Assembly: GCA_037135035.1 (NCBI GenBank)
Contig: JBAXLB010000001.1
Location: 23,102 to 87,101 of the forward strand
Reading direction: 5' to 3'
Source of the DNA: Candidatus Adlerbacteria bacterium
GTDB lineage: Bacteria > Patescibacteriota > Minisyncoccia > Phycocordibacterales > SBAW01
Length of the DNA stretch: 64,000 nucleotides
Shown here: one piece after another, positions 11,012 through 21,800 of the stretch
Layout of the letters: every line of letters starts with the position of its first letter
Position numbering within the stretch: the first letter of the stretch is position 1
Program-made: the position numbers and the translations under genes
Notes under the pieces: model-generated
Databases searched by the model: none
The model's input: the letters and a program-made list of their open reading frames with translations, nothing else
Told to the model about the DNA's origin: nothing

Positions 11012-11046
11012 TTTTTTATTTTTTTTAAATTTAAAAAATAAAAAAG

Positions 11047-11055
11047 TTATCCACA
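11047..11055 (+). promoter_or_regulatory. Single consensus DnaA box within an AT-rich intergenic tract
   Basis: TTATCCACA exact match; only one copy, function unverified. Confidence 0.35.
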
Positions 11056-11202
11056 GAATAAAAATATTTTTCATTGTATCTGTATCGTATGTATTCGATA
11101 CTTGTGTGTAGAGCATCGAGATTGTATATGCCCTTGTCCGCGGACAAACATACACAAGGTCGGTCGATGTCCAGACAACTTGCGACGCGAGTCGCCAAAA
11201 TT

Positions 11203-11247
11203 ATGGCAGCAAAGAAAAAGAAAGCAGCAAAAAAGAAGCGCAAATAG
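11203..11247 (+). CDS. Putative 14-aa Lys/Ala-rich micropeptide MAAKKKKAAKKKRK
   Basis: ATG...TAG read directly; preceded by hairpins and followed by an intrinsic terminator. Confidence 0.5.
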   Translation: MAAKKKKAAKKKRK

Positions 11248-11293
11248 TCGCGTTTCCGTTTTCAATATACAATTGAAAACGTTGATCCTCTCG

Positions 11294-11332
11294 AAAGAAA
11301 AGTCTTCCGCCTCAGGCGGAGGATTTTTCTTT
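11294..11332 (+). terminator. Intrinsic terminator, possibly bidirectional
   Basis: aaagaaaagtcttccgcc-tca-ggcggaggatttttcttt stem-loop with T-rich tail. Confidence 0.7.
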
Positions 11333-11379
11333 ATGGCGTTTCTCGGGCAAAAAAATACGCAATATGTTATTCTGTGCAC

Positions 11380-13851
11380 ATGTTTTCGCTTAGCAGCATC
11401 TTTGGTGATTCCAGTAAAAAGGTCATTGCAGAGAGCCAAAAAACAGTTTCTGCCATAGGCGCTCTCGAGGCTGAATATCAGGCCTATTCAGACACGACCC
11501 TTGCAGATAAGACTGTAGAATTTCGCCTACGCCTTGAGCGGGGCGAAACACTTGACGCCTTGTTGCCAGAAGCTTTTGCTGCAGTGCGGGAAAGTGCGCG
11601 CCGTACCCTGCATTTGCGCCCGTTTGATGTACAGATGGTCGGCGGTATAGTGCTCAACAACCGCGGCATTGCCGAAATGAAGACAGGTGAAGGTAAGACG
11701 CTTGTCGCAACACTCCCTGCATATTTAAATGCTCTGGCAGGAAAAGGAGTCCACGTTATTACTGTTAACGACTATCTCGCACGGCGCGATGCTGTGTGGA
11801 TGGGGCAGGTATATGCCGCACTGGGAATGTCGCTCGGTGTTATTAACGGGGATGCGTCGTATGTCTATGATGCATCACATTCGGAAAATGATGCGATACG
11901 TGACGAAGAAGGAAGCTTCCGTGTACTGTACGAATTTTTGCGCCCGTGTTCACGGCGCGAGGCATACGAAGCAGACATCACATACGGCACTAATAGCGAA
12001 TTTGGGTTCGACTATCTGCGCGATAATATTTCGTATAATTCAAACGAGCTGCGTCAGCGCGGACACTATTTTGCTATTGTCGACGAAATCGACTCGATTT
12101 TAATTGACGAAGCGCGCACTCCACTTATTATTTCGGCTCCTGCGCAGGAGTCGGAGGACTTGTACCGGCAATTTGCCGACATTGCTGCCAAGTTAAACTC
12201 TGACACTGACTACACCGTCGACGAAAAACAAAAAGCGATACAACTCACCGATACTGGTATTGAACATGCAGAAAAATTGCTGGGTATAGAAAATATCTAC
12301 ACCGAAAAAGGTATCAAGTATGTGCACCATTTAGAAACTGCTGTTCGCGCACGTGCATTGTTTATGCGCGACAAAAGCTATGTGGTAAAAAATGGGGAAG
12401 TTATTATTGTCGACGAGTTTACAGGCCGCATGCAGCCGGGCCGTCGTTGGTCGGAAGGCTTGCACCAGGCAATTGAGGCAAAAGAACATGTTCCCGTACA
12501 AAAAGAGTCGCGCACGTTTGCGTCTATTACGTACCAAAACTATTTCCGCCTGTATGAAAAGCTTGCCGGCATGACCGGTACCGCAAAAACCTCTGCTGAG
12601 GAATTTTATAAAGTATACGGGTTGGAGACAGTAGAGATCCCGACTAACCGGGACGTTGTGCGCGCCGACCGCAACGACCAGATATTCCAAACGGAACAAG
12701 GTAAATTCAAAGCACTCGCACGCAAAATTAAAGAGCTGCATGCAAAGGGGCAGCCGGTGTTGGTGGGCACCGTTTCTATTGAAAAGAACGAACTCCTTTC
12801 TGCATATTTAAAAACAGAAGGCGTCCCGCATGAAATCTTGAATGCAAAAAACCACGAACGTGAGGGCGAAATTGTCGCCTCTGCTGGGCACAAAGGTAAG
12901 GTTACTGTTGCAACTAACATGGCTGGCCGTGGTGTGGACATTAAACTGGGTGGAATTTCTGCAACTAAAGAAGAGTCGGACGAGATAAAAAATATGGGTG
13001 GGTTGTTTGTGCTCGGCACTGAGCGGCATGAAGCTCGTCGTATCGACAACCAACTCCGAGGGCGCTCTGGCCGCCAGGGCGACCCGGGCGAGACGCAGTT
13101 TTTTGTATCGCTCGAGGACTCTTTGATGCGCGTATTTGCCCCAGACTCTATAAAAGGTTTGATGGGCCGCTTTGGTATACCGGAAGACGAGCCTATTGAA
13201 AACTCGCTGGTGACCCGTGCGCTTGAAAGTGCGCAGACAAAAATTGAAGGTTTTAACTTTGATGCACGCAAGCATGTGCTCGAATTCGACAACGTGCTCG
13301 ACCGCCAGCGCCGTGCCGTGTATGAGCGCCGCCGTAAAGTGCTTGTCGGTTCACTCGACGAAGTTGAAGACGTATTGAAAGAATTAGCTGCTACAAGTGA
13401 AGAAGCAGTGCAATTACTGTCCAAAAAAGAAGTTGAATTTGGTCGCGAAGAGTTTTTGGGTACTGCACGCAATGTTGTCCTGCAAACACTCGACCTGCTG
13501 TGGGTGGAGCATTTGGAGTCGATGGAGTACTTGCGGGGCAGCGTTAACTTGCGTGCCTACGGCCAGCGTGACCCACTGACCGAATACCGTAAGGAAGGTA
13601 CGCGTATGTACAAAGAGCTGGAATATATGCTCGCCGCCCGTGTGTTTGAAATTTTGGACGGTTTGGTAAAAAATGCAGTACAGCCGATGCCACTACCGAC
13701 ACCAGTTGTTACACTTTCTGCATTGCCCGACGGCGTCGTTGACGAAGTTGGCCGCAATGATATGTGCCCATGCGGTTCTGGTAAAAAATATAAAAACTGC
13801 GGCCTTAAAAATACTGAGGAGCATCAGAAGCTGACAGCCGAGAAAAAGTAA
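11380..13851 (+). CDS. secA: Preprotein translocase ATPase SecA
   Basis: MKTGEGKT, DEIDSILIDEARTPLIIS and RRIDNQLRGRSGRQGDPG motifs; C-terminal SEC-C CPCGSGKKYKNC. Confidence 0.98.
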   Translation: MFSLSSIFGDSSKKVIAESQKTVSAIGALEAEYQAYSDTTLADKTVEFRLRLERGETLDALLPEAFAAVRESARRTLHLRPFDVQMVGGIVLNNRGIAEMKTGEGKTLVATLPAYLNALAGKGVHVITVNDYLARRDAVWMGQVYAALGMSLGVINGDASYVYDASHSENDAIRDEEGSFRVLYEFLRPCSRREAYEADITYGTNSEFGFDYLRDNISYNSNELRQRGHYFAIVDEIDSILIDEARTPLIISAPAQESEDLYRQFADIAAKLNSDTDYTVDEKQKAIQLTDTGIEHAEKLLGIENIYTEKGIKYVHHLETAVRARALFMRDKSYVVKNGEVIIVDEFTGRMQPGRRWSEGLHQAIEAKEHVPVQKESRTFASITYQNYFRLYEKLAGMTGTAKTSAEEFYKVYGLETVEIPTNRDVVRADRNDQIFQTEQGKFKALARKIKELHAKGQPVLVGTVSIEKNELLSAYLKTEGVPHEILNAKNHEREGEIVASAGHKGKVTVATNMAGRGVDIKLGGISATKEESDEIKNMGGLFVLGTERHEARRIDNQLRGRSGRQGDPGETQFFVSLEDSLMRVFAPDSIKGLMGRFGIPEDEPIENSLVTRALESAQTKIEGFNFDARKHVLEFDNVLDRQRRAVYERRRKVLVGSLDEVEDVLKELAATSEEAVQLLSKKEVEFGREEFLGTARNVVLQTLDLLWVEHLESMEYLRGSVNLRAYGQRDPLTEYRKEGTRMYKELEYMLAARVFEILDGLVKNAVQPMPLPTPVVTLSALPDGVVDEVGRNDMCPCGSGKKYKNCGLKNTEEHQKLTAEKK

Positions 13852-13855
13852 TACT

Positions 13856-14287
13856 ATGCGAGAAAGTGCAGGAGGAATTGTCGTGGGGCCGGACGGGCGT
13901 ATTGTGCTTGTATTTCAACACGGTAATTCGTGGTCGTTCCCTAAGGGTGGAGTAGAGGAGGGGGAGACATCTGCACAAGCTGCTACTCGAGAAATATATG
14001 AAGAAGCGGGCATCACACAGCTAGAGTTTGTAGAAGAACTTGGCTCGTACGAGCGATCCTCGATAGGAAAAGATGGGATAGGCGAGCATATAGAATGGGG
14101 CCTACAAAAGAAAACATTGTTTCTCTACACTACTAACCAGCACGCACTCCAACCTCACGACAGCGAGGTTACTGAGGCTCGTTATGTCACACTCGACGAA
14201 GCAACCGAGATGTTGACCCATCCAAAAGACCGCGAGTTTTTGACTAGTGTTCGCGGTAGAATAGACGCATGGATGCATTCGCACTAA
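13856..14287 (+). CDS. NUDIX hydrolase
   Basis: PKGGVEEGETSAQAATREIYEEAG Nudix box. Confidence 0.9.
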   Translation: MRESAGGIVVGPDGRIVLVFQHGNSWSFPKGGVEEGETSAQAATREIYEEAGITQLEFVEELGSYERSSIGKDGIGEHIEWGLQKKTLFLYTTNQHALQPHDSEVTEARYVTLDEATEMLTHPKDREFLTSVRGRIDAWMHSH

Positions 14288-15051
14288 CCCCTGCAGCATT
14301 TCTGGCAGGTGTATTAATGTTTTTAGCTCCTTGCACACTGCCGATAATCCCTGGGTATTTGGCGTTTATTGCGGGTGTGCCAGAGCGTGAGTTAGCAAAA
14401 ACTGCCTCGCCCATAGGGCTACGGCCGAGGGGGTTTACTGAAAGTCGCAGGCGTGTGATGCGTAATGCACTGTTTTTTGTACTTGGGTTTTCTGTTGTGT
14501 TTATTATATTGGGGTTGTTTGCTGCGACTCTTGGGGGCATACTCGGGGCCTGGCGCCCGTTTATAAGCCGTGCCGCTGGGGCGGTAATTATACTTTTTGG
14601 GCTGACGATGCTCGGGGTACTTAAAATCCCAGTGTTGTTGTCTGAAAAACGTATACGCACGCCGCACTTTATTACTGTTGGCCGGCCTGAAAGTTCTTTT
14701 GTAATAGGTGTGCTGTTTGCGCTGGGGTGGACACCGTGCGTCGGGCCAATTTTAGGGACGGTGCTTTTGTTTGCTTCAAGTTCTGCAACTTCGGTACAAG
14801 GTGCGCTACTGCTTGGGGTATTTTCCCTAGGGCTCGGTATCCCATTTTTACTTACTGCTTTTTTAATAGGAAGCGCAGGGAAATTTTTTGCACGTATGCA
14901 GGGTAGCATTACGCTCCTTTCAAAACTCGCAGGCGGGCTCCTTGTAGTATTTGGCCTTTCTATGATGGTTGGATATATGGGAGTGTTTACCGAGTGGGTA
15001 GCGGAGTTGTGCAGGACATTTGGGGCAGATGCGTTGCTCCAGTACTTGTAA
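14269..15051 (+). CDS. ccdA: CcdA/DsbD-type thiol-redox membrane protein
   Basis: FLAPCTLP and WTPCVGPILG motifs; about six TM helices. Confidence 0.9.
   Translation: MDAFALTPAAFLAGVLMFLAPCTLPIIPGYLAFIAGVPERELAKTASPIGLRPRGFTESRRRVMRNALFFVLGFSVVFIILGLFAATLGGILGAWRPFISRAAGAVIILFGLTMLGVLKIPVLLSEKRIRTPHFITVGRPESSFVIGVLFALGWTPCVGPILGTVLLFASSSATSVQGALLLGVFSLGLGIPFLLTAFLIGSAGKFFARMQGSITLLSKLAGGLLVVFGLSMMVGYMGVFTEWVAELCRTFGADALLQYL
14404..14430 (+). repeat. Intragenic palindromic element, copy 1 (in ccdA)
   Basis: gcctcgcccatagggctacggccgagg, 27 bp, translated in frame as ASPIGLRPR; matches copies at 52238 and 63619. Confidence 0.75.
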
Positions 15052-15069
15052 CCTGCTAGCATATAACGT

Positions 15070-15204
15070 ATGTCGTGGTTCACTATCGGAATACTAGTTG
15101 TTGTGGGGTTTTTAGTGCTCAAATTCCTTGTAAAGCCACTGTTTAAGGTAGTGGCACTCGTGGCGCTTGTCCTTATAGCCTGGTGGTTGTACAAGGGTTT
15201 TTAA
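15070..15204 (+). CDS. 44-aa two-helix small membrane protein
   Basis: MSWFTIGILVVVGFLVLKFLVKPLFKVVALVALVLIAWWLYKGF read directly; fills the ccdA-obgE gap, below the ORF-track cutoff. Confidence 0.65.
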   Translation: MSWFTIGILVVVGFLVLKFLVKPLFKVVALVALVLIAWWLYKGF

Positions 15205-15205
15205 T

Positions 15206-16177
15206 ATGTCTTTTGTCGATGAATTAGATATAAACGCGCGGGCGGGTAACGGTGGCAATGGTGTTGTCCGCTGGTTGCACTTAAAGTCCCAAGAATATTC
15301 GGGCCCAGCCGGGGGTAACGGCGGAGACGGTGGCGATTTTTATATACGTGGCGTACGTGACATCAACCTCCTTGCCCGTTACCGGGGTGAGAAAAAGTTT
15401 GAAGCAGACGATGGCGACGAAGGGGGCAACCGCAACAAAGAAGGTGCTGGAGGTAAGGATTTTTATCTCGACTTGCCTGTAGGCTCGATTGTGCGTAATA
15501 AGACAACAGGTGAAGAGTTTGAGCTTGTAAGCGAAGGTCAGCAAATACTTATTTTGAAAGGCGGCCGTGGCGGGGCAGGGAACACGGCATTTAAGTCGTC
15601 GACAAACCAGAGCCCTATGGAGAGCATGCCGGGCGCCCGTGGCGAAGTAGCACAACTGCATATCGAGTTGCGTTTGTTTGCCGATGCCGGGCTTATAGGG
15701 TTGCCAAACGCAGGTAAGTCGTCGCTCTTGAACGCGCTTACAGGAGCGTCGGCAAAAGTTGGTTCGTATGCATTTACTACTCTCGACCCAAACTTGGGAG
15801 CCCTGTACGGCCTGGTACTCGCCGATATCCCCGGTATTATCGAGGGAGCTTCTTCGGGGAAGGGTTTGGGGTTTAAATTTCTTCGCCACATTTCCCGCAC
15901 ACGGCTTCTTGTGCACTGTGTCTCACTCGAGTCGGATACTCCGCTTGAAGACTATCAGGTTATCCGTGACGAGTTATCTCGTTTTGAACAGGGCGCACTT
16001 GTGACAAACCCAGAAATAATCGTTTTGACCAAGTCGGATACCCGAGATTCTCTCTATATACAAGAAATAAAAGAGCTTTTTATACACGAAGGCAAGCAGG
16101 TGAGTATCCTGTCTATTTTGGACGACGAATCGGTAAAAGAATTCCGCGACACCCTTGTTGCAACTCTGTCTGCATAA
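15206..16177 (+). CDS. obgE: GTPase ObgE/CgtA
   Basis: Gly-rich Obg fold; GLPNAGKS, FTTLDPNLG, DIPG and TKSD motifs. Confidence 0.95.
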   Translation: MSFVDELDINARAGNGGNGVVRWLHLKSQEYSGPAGGNGGDGGDFYIRGVRDINLLARYRGEKKFEADDGDEGGNRNKEGAGGKDFYLDLPVGSIVRNKTTGEEFELVSEGQQILILKGGRGGAGNTAFKSSTNQSPMESMPGARGEVAQLHIELRLFADAGLIGLPNAGKSSLLNALTGASAKVGSYAFTTLDPNLGALYGLVLADIPGIIEGASSGKGLGFKFLRHISRTRLLVHCVSLESDTPLEDYQVIRDELSRFEQGALVTNPEIIVLTKSDTRDSLYIQEIKELFIHEGKQVSILSILDDESVKEFRDTLVATLSA

Positions 16178-16207
16178 AGCCCTGGTTTGCGGTAGTATAG
16201 TAAGGAA

Positions 16208-17569
16208 ATGAGCGAATATAGGCCCACAATAGGCTTGGAAATACATGCCGAACTGAACACCTACACCAAGATGTTTTGTGGGTGCCTAAATAATGCGGAC
16301 GAAAAGAGCCCAAACGTGAACATCTGTCCTGTTTGTATGGCGCACCCAGGGACACTGCCCGTTATAAACAAAGCGGCCGTCAGCCACGTGTTGCGTATGG
16401 GCGTGGCGCTTGGCTCAAAACTTGCTGACTATACCGAGTTTGACCGTAAGAGTTATTTTTACCCAGACATCCCAAAGGGATATCAAATTAGCCAATTTGC
16501 ATACCCGCTAGTGCAAGGCGGGTCGCTGAAGGGGATAGAGATTACCCGCATCCATTTAGAAGAGGACACAGCGCGTTCGCAGCATGTCGGCGAGACGAGT
16601 CTCGTAGACTTTAACCGTGCAGGTGTGCCGTTGATGGAACTTGTGACTGAGCCCGTGATACACACCGCAGAAGACGCCGGTGCGTTTGCTCGCGAGTTGC
16701 AGTTGTTGCTTCGCTACCTAGGTGCCTCGGAGGCAAATATGGAAAAAGGCGAGATGCGTGTCGAGGCCAATATCTCTGTCAGCAAGACAGATACCTTCGG
16801 TACAAAAGTGGAAGTTAAAAACCTCAACTCGTTTCGCTCGGTTGAGCGAGCTATCGCATTTGAAATTGCTCGGCAAGTCGAGGTACTTGAAGGTGGGGGA
16901 CAGGTGGTCCAGGAGACCCGCGGGTGGAATGAAGGGAACCAGACAACTTTCTCTCAACGTAAAAAAGAGTCGAGTCACGACTACCGCTATTTCCCGGACC
17001 CCGACTTGCCAAAACTCGTGCTGTCGGAACTACCAGAATTTTCTACCGACTCTATTACAAAAGAGTTACCTGAACTGCCGTGGCAAAAACGCGAGCGTTT
17101 GAAGAGTCTCGGATTTTTACAAGAGCAAGACATCGAGCAGTTGGTGGGCGACTTTGAGTTGTCGGTCCTATTTACAGAGATAGAAAAAAAATTGACCCAA
17201 CCCGAACTACTCAAAATTGCTGCAAACTTTATACTCAACGACATCGCTGGACAGCGAAAGAAAAAACCAGAATGGTTGCCGCGCACTGAACTTATCATTG
17301 AGGTGGTAGAAAAATATGCTGAAGGGAAGTTGGCATCGCCGCAAGCAAAGGCGTCGATCCTTGCGGGGATATTGGTTGCGACTATAGACGAGAGTACGCT
17401 CCCGGCGCTTGTTCAAAAAATAGTTGATGCAAACCCTGTAGTGGTTGCGGAGTACAGAGCTGGGAAGGAAGCGGTACTTCAATTTTTAGTAGGGCAAGGT
17501 ATGAAGGAGACCAAAGGTTCCGCTAACCCGGGCACATTGGCCGAGGAATTTAAAAAGGCTCTCAAGTAG
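16208..17569 (+). CDS. gatB: Asp/Glu-tRNA amidotransferase subunit B
   Basis: IGLEIHAEL, FDRKSYFYPDIPKGYQISQ and DYRYFPDPDLP motifs. Confidence 0.97.
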   Translation: MSEYRPTIGLEIHAELNTYTKMFCGCLNNADEKSPNVNICPVCMAHPGTLPVINKAAVSHVLRMGVALGSKLADYTEFDRKSYFYPDIPKGYQISQFAYPLVQGGSLKGIEITRIHLEEDTARSQHVGETSLVDFNRAGVPLMELVTEPVIHTAEDAGAFARELQLLLRYLGASEANMEKGEMRVEANISVSKTDTFGTKVEVKNLNSFRSVERAIAFEIARQVEVLEGGGQVVQETRGWNEGNQTTFSQRKKESSHDYRYFPDPDLPKLVLSELPEFSTDSITKELPELPWQKRERLKSLGFLQEQDIEQLVGDFELSVLFTEIEKKLTQPELLKIAANFILNDIAGQRKKKPEWLPRTELIIEVVEKYAEGKLASPQAKASILAGILVATIDESTLPALVQKIVDANPVVVAEYRAGKEAVLQFLVGQGMKETKGSANPGTLAEEFKKALK

Positions 17570-17583
17570 GAGATATCAAAATA

Positions 17584-17621
17584 CATCAAAAAACTCGGGG
17601 GTAACCCCGAGTTTTTTGATG
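17584..17621. terminator. Bidirectional intrinsic terminator
   Basis: catcaaaaaactcgggg-gtaa-ccccgagttttttgatg, perfect 17-bp stem. Confidence 0.8.
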
Positions 17622-17639
17622 CTGTATACTAGTCTGTAT

Positions 17640-18371
17640 ATGGATGAGCTAGAAATCTCGGGTAAGCGATACATCTCGTCTAAACGTATTGCTAAAGAAA
17701 ACAAGTACCACTCCGACTATATCGGCCAGCTTATACGTGCAGGTAAAGTTGCTGGTACCAAGGTAGGCAGGGCGTGGTACGTGGAGGAAGCGTCGTTTGC
17801 AGAGTATCTGAACAAAGAGCACAAGATCTATTCTGCTCCCACCCCTTCTGAAAAACCCTCGGTCGCTGCTGTGACTGTAGAAGAGACTCCACTTCCCGTA
17901 GACCTTGAAGCAAAAGAAGCTGAAGAAAAAAATATAATCCAATTGCATGTTATGCCCGAGGAAAAAGTGGAAGAAGTTCTTGAGCAAGAAATATCGACAC
18001 CTGTTGCGGTGTACACGCCTCCAATAAAAAAAACAGGCCTTACCTATATTGCAGACTCGAGCCCTTTGTTTCCTGCAATTTCCAGACGCACAAAACCTCT
18101 TCCTGTAGCTGTAGTGGAAGAGCCTGAAGAAATATACAGAGAAGTTTTGGTAGAAAGAGTGCCTACCAAACGAGCAAAAGAATCAAATAAAAAAATAGTA
18201 GTGTCAGCCTTTTCGTTTCTTGTGTTGAGTGGTATTTTATTTGCTGTTGCTTTGTACGGCTCACTGAACGTTACTACAACGCTTATTGTTGAGAAAGGGA
18301 AATCAGCAAGTGTAGTTCTTTCAGGAAATAACGCACTCTGCTTCATTTTTAATACTTGTCAAAAGATATAG
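17640..18371 (+). CDS. Excisionase-like HTH protein with acidic/Pro linker and C-terminal TM helix
   Basis: YISSKRIAKENKYHSDYIGQLIRAGKVAGTKVGRAWYV resembles HTH_17; TM segment IVVSAFSFLVLSGILFAVALYG; TATACT 9 nt before ATG 17640. Confidence 0.7.
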   Translation: MDELEISGKRYISSKRIAKENKYHSDYIGQLIRAGKVAGTKVGRAWYVEEASFAEYLNKEHKIYSAPTPSEKPSVAAVTVEETPLPVDLEAKEAEEKNIIQLHVMPEEKVEEVLEQEISTPVAVYTPPIKKTGLTYIADSSPLFPAISRRTKPLPVAVVEEPEEIYREVLVERVPTKRAKESNKKIVVSAFSFLVLSGILFAVALYGSLNVTTTLIVEKGKSASVVLSGNNALCFIFNTCQKI

Positions 18372-18439
18372 ATACGAGCAGTTTGTTGTCTGAACAGAAA
18401 GAGAGTTTTTCCATGTAGGGCAGAGCTGCTGACATACGT

Positions 18440-18461
18440 AACCTCCTTCGGGAGGGTTTTT
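18440..18461 (+). terminator. Intrinsic terminator
   Basis: cctcc-TTCG-ggagg hairpin followed by g and five T. Confidence 0.7.
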
Positions 18462-18801
18462 AATGTTTATATTTCACCTCTGATAGCCGAGATATCGTTT
18501 AAACAAGGTATAAAAAGTTTATTTTGCTTCAGTTCTCGTCTAGTAGAGATAAATCATTTTTTTATAAAAAATCTAGAAGTAAAAAACTTAGAGACAGATA
18601 AAAATGCTTACACAACTGTTGAGTTTTAGTATGTATATAGATTGTAAAGTTTCACTAAAATATTTTTTATGTGTAGATGAAGTTTTTTATTTCTATCCAC
18701 AGTTTTTTGAAATTTTTTTGTAAAATAATATTCGTTTTGCTCGTACAATGTAGGGCAGTGCTTCCTCCGAAATAACTGAGTAAACAAAAGACACATCGCC
18801 C

Positions 18802-21800
18802 TTGAACACATTACTTTCACAACATGGTGAGCAAATGCTTTCAGCCCGTAAGGTAGCTGAACGTTTGGGTTGCGCCCAGGACTATGTTTCCAAGCTCTGC
18901 CGTGAAGGCAAGCTTGCGGGGAAACAAATTGACGGAGCGTGGTTTATAGAACAGGAGTCAATTTCTACATTTGAAAAAATGCGAGAGGTGGCAAAAATAG
19001 CTCGTGCAGAGGCTCTCGCAGACCAACGCCGAAAGGAAAATAAAGAATATCAAATACAGCGCGCGGGAGAATTTAAAAAACAATTTTTCGCACGGGCTGT
19101 GGGCGCGGTACGTACGGGTGTGTTTTTTGCTGCAGGGTCGGCGCTGCTTCTAGGTTCGGTTGTATTTGCGGGAGAACACGGGAAGGTAAACACTGTACAG
19201 GAAACAGCCGCACATACGCAGCAGGTAGGTACATCTGTTGCACAACATAGTGCGCTCTTTTTTGGAACGCCAACAACATCTGTTGCACTGTCTGCGGCAG
19301 TTGGGGAAACCGCTGCCGCGGCGGTCGGTAGTTTTTTCTCAAGAGTAATTTCATATTTTTTTGCTGCACCAGCAGCGCACTATGTTGTCGCACCGGAAAA
19401 CCCAACTGCATATGTTCCGCAGCAAGTTACTGAAACACAAAGTTCTGCACCGGGCCCTGGCGCGCCAGTTGCCCCGACTAAAACTGTTGTAGTCCAGCAA
19501 AATACGTACCCTGTTATCCAGCGCACGCTTGAGCGTGTCGTGTCGGTTGGTGGCATCAGTGATGCAGAACTTACGGATAGGTTGAACCAACTTAACAACA
19601 AACTACAGTCGCAAATTTCCACCATTGCAAACCCAGGGTACGGAAGCCCGCGTGGGAATTTTGATTTTTCTCAAGCAGTAAATAATCTTTCAAACGTAAC
19701 CGTACATGGAGTTAGCGGTTTAACTGATGCGGACATCCCTGACACTATTTCGCTCTCTGGGGTAACTATTGGAGGTGCCACGATTTCAAGTTTTACGGGT
19801 ACTGGGCTTTCTGTTGTAAACGGAGTGCTCACTGCGTCTGGCGGCTCGGGTTTTTCTACAACGTCTGCCGACTACTACGTCAACGCGTCTTCAACGATAC
19901 CAAAAACGTATAGCGACAATGTTTTTACTGGAGGAAATATTTTTGGTAACTCAACAACTACAAATGCCACAACAACCAATTTATACATAGCAGGTTCAGT
20001 GCGCGGCGGAGGGCTCACTACGTCGTGTATTGGCTCGGGAGACAAAATTATATGGGACGCGACAACGGGCCAATTTGGTTGCGGTACGGACGCAGGAGGT
20101 TCGGGAAGCGGAATATCGGGACTAAAAGCCCAGTATGGTACGGCCCAAACTGGTGCAACACAAACACTTGCAACGTCTACCTCTGGTACCGACTTTACTA
20201 TCACCTCGGCAGGCGACATCCATACATTTAACTTGCCATCCGCGTCGGCATCGAACCGCGGCCTTTTGACTGCGGCTGACTTTACAACGTTTAACAGTAA
20301 ACAGTCGGCACTTTCATTTGCGTACCCGCTGCTTAATTCTGCGGGAACTATTTCGCTGGCGTTTAGTACGACAACTGCAAACACATGGAGCGCGCTCCAA
20401 ACCTTTACGTCGGGCTTCCTTGCAGCTGCATCATCGACTGTAAACAATACTCTTGCTGTTACGGGTGCAACGACGCTTGGCTCGACATTGAACGTACTAG
20501 GGCAGACAACACTCGCTACGTCGCTCAGTGGCCTGCTTAAAGCAACGGCCGGAGTTGTCTCTACTGCGACTGCAGGTGTCGACTACTTAACCTCGGCAAA
20601 TGTATTTAGCTATTTGTTCCCAGGTAATGCAACGTCAACACAGCTGACATTTAACGGCGGCTTCCTCTCAACAGCATCATCAACAATCAACAGCACCTTC
20701 CATATTGGCGGTCTTTCAGACGGCGCCCTCGCAGTCTTCGGAGGCCTTGTTTCGTCAGGTGCCACAACAACTGCAGGTACGGGCCTTACCTACAGTGGCA
20801 ATGCATTTAACGTAAACAGTATTCAAAGCATTAGTAAACTTTCTAACTTGGCGTCTGCTGGTTTTGTCAAAACATCAAGCGACGGAACGCTTTCGGTAGA
20901 CACAGCGACATATCTCACGTCTGCACTTACATCGATTGGTCCGGCAGGACAAACAACAACAGGCGCTGCCGTAACCCTTGCGTCGTCAACTGCAGGAACT
21001 GACTTTACTATCACAGGTTCGGGTTCAACACTTACGTTCAACCTTCCAACTGCGTCTGCATCTAACAGAGGACTTCTCTCGAGTACTGACTGGAATACAT
21101 TTAACAACAAGGGAAATGTTGGGTATCCGTTCGCTCTCTCGGGTAATGCAACGTCAACTCTCACACAATTTAATGCAGGTCTTACTGCATTCGCTTCCTC
21201 AACTATTGGAAGCGGCACACAAAGTGGAGGTCTTACTATCTTCGGTGGTGCAACAACAACTGCGAACGCGTACTTCGGTGCGGCTATTACAGGGGCAACA
21301 ACGTTTACATTGCCGACACTTGGAACAGCGGCTGGAGCATTTCTTGCAGTAGATGCAAATGGACAGATTATTGCCACGACAACACCGAGTGGTGGTGGAG
21401 GTGGTTCGGGTACAGTAACCAACATTGCTACAATATATCCGTTGCTTGGAGGCCCTATTACAAACACCGGCACATTGTCGCTTGCGTTTGGTACTACCAC
21501 CGCAAATATTTGGGGTTCGCTGCAAACATTTTCTGCAGGGTTCCTTGCTGCAGCCTCTTCGACAGTTAACGGTACGTTTGTAGTGACCGGGCAAACAACG
21601 CTTGCGTCGTCGCTCAATGGGCCGCTGCAAGCAAACCAAGGTCTTGTGTCGGCAACAAGCAGTGTCGGTACACTGTACGGCGGTACTGGAGTTACGTCGT
21701 ATACAACGGGAGATATTTTGTATGCAGACGCTACCAACCATCTTGCAAAATTAGGGATTGGCAGCACAGGCAGTGTGTTGAAAGTTGCTGGAGGTCTGCC

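Noticed and set aside
10975-11080. Replication origin (AT-rich tract plus DnaA box)
   Set aside because: Only one perfect box, and no dnaA/dnaN or box cluster in view
18376-18461. Known riboswitch or SRP/6S RNA
   Set aside because: No consensus motif I can recognise; kept only as a terminator and a weak finding
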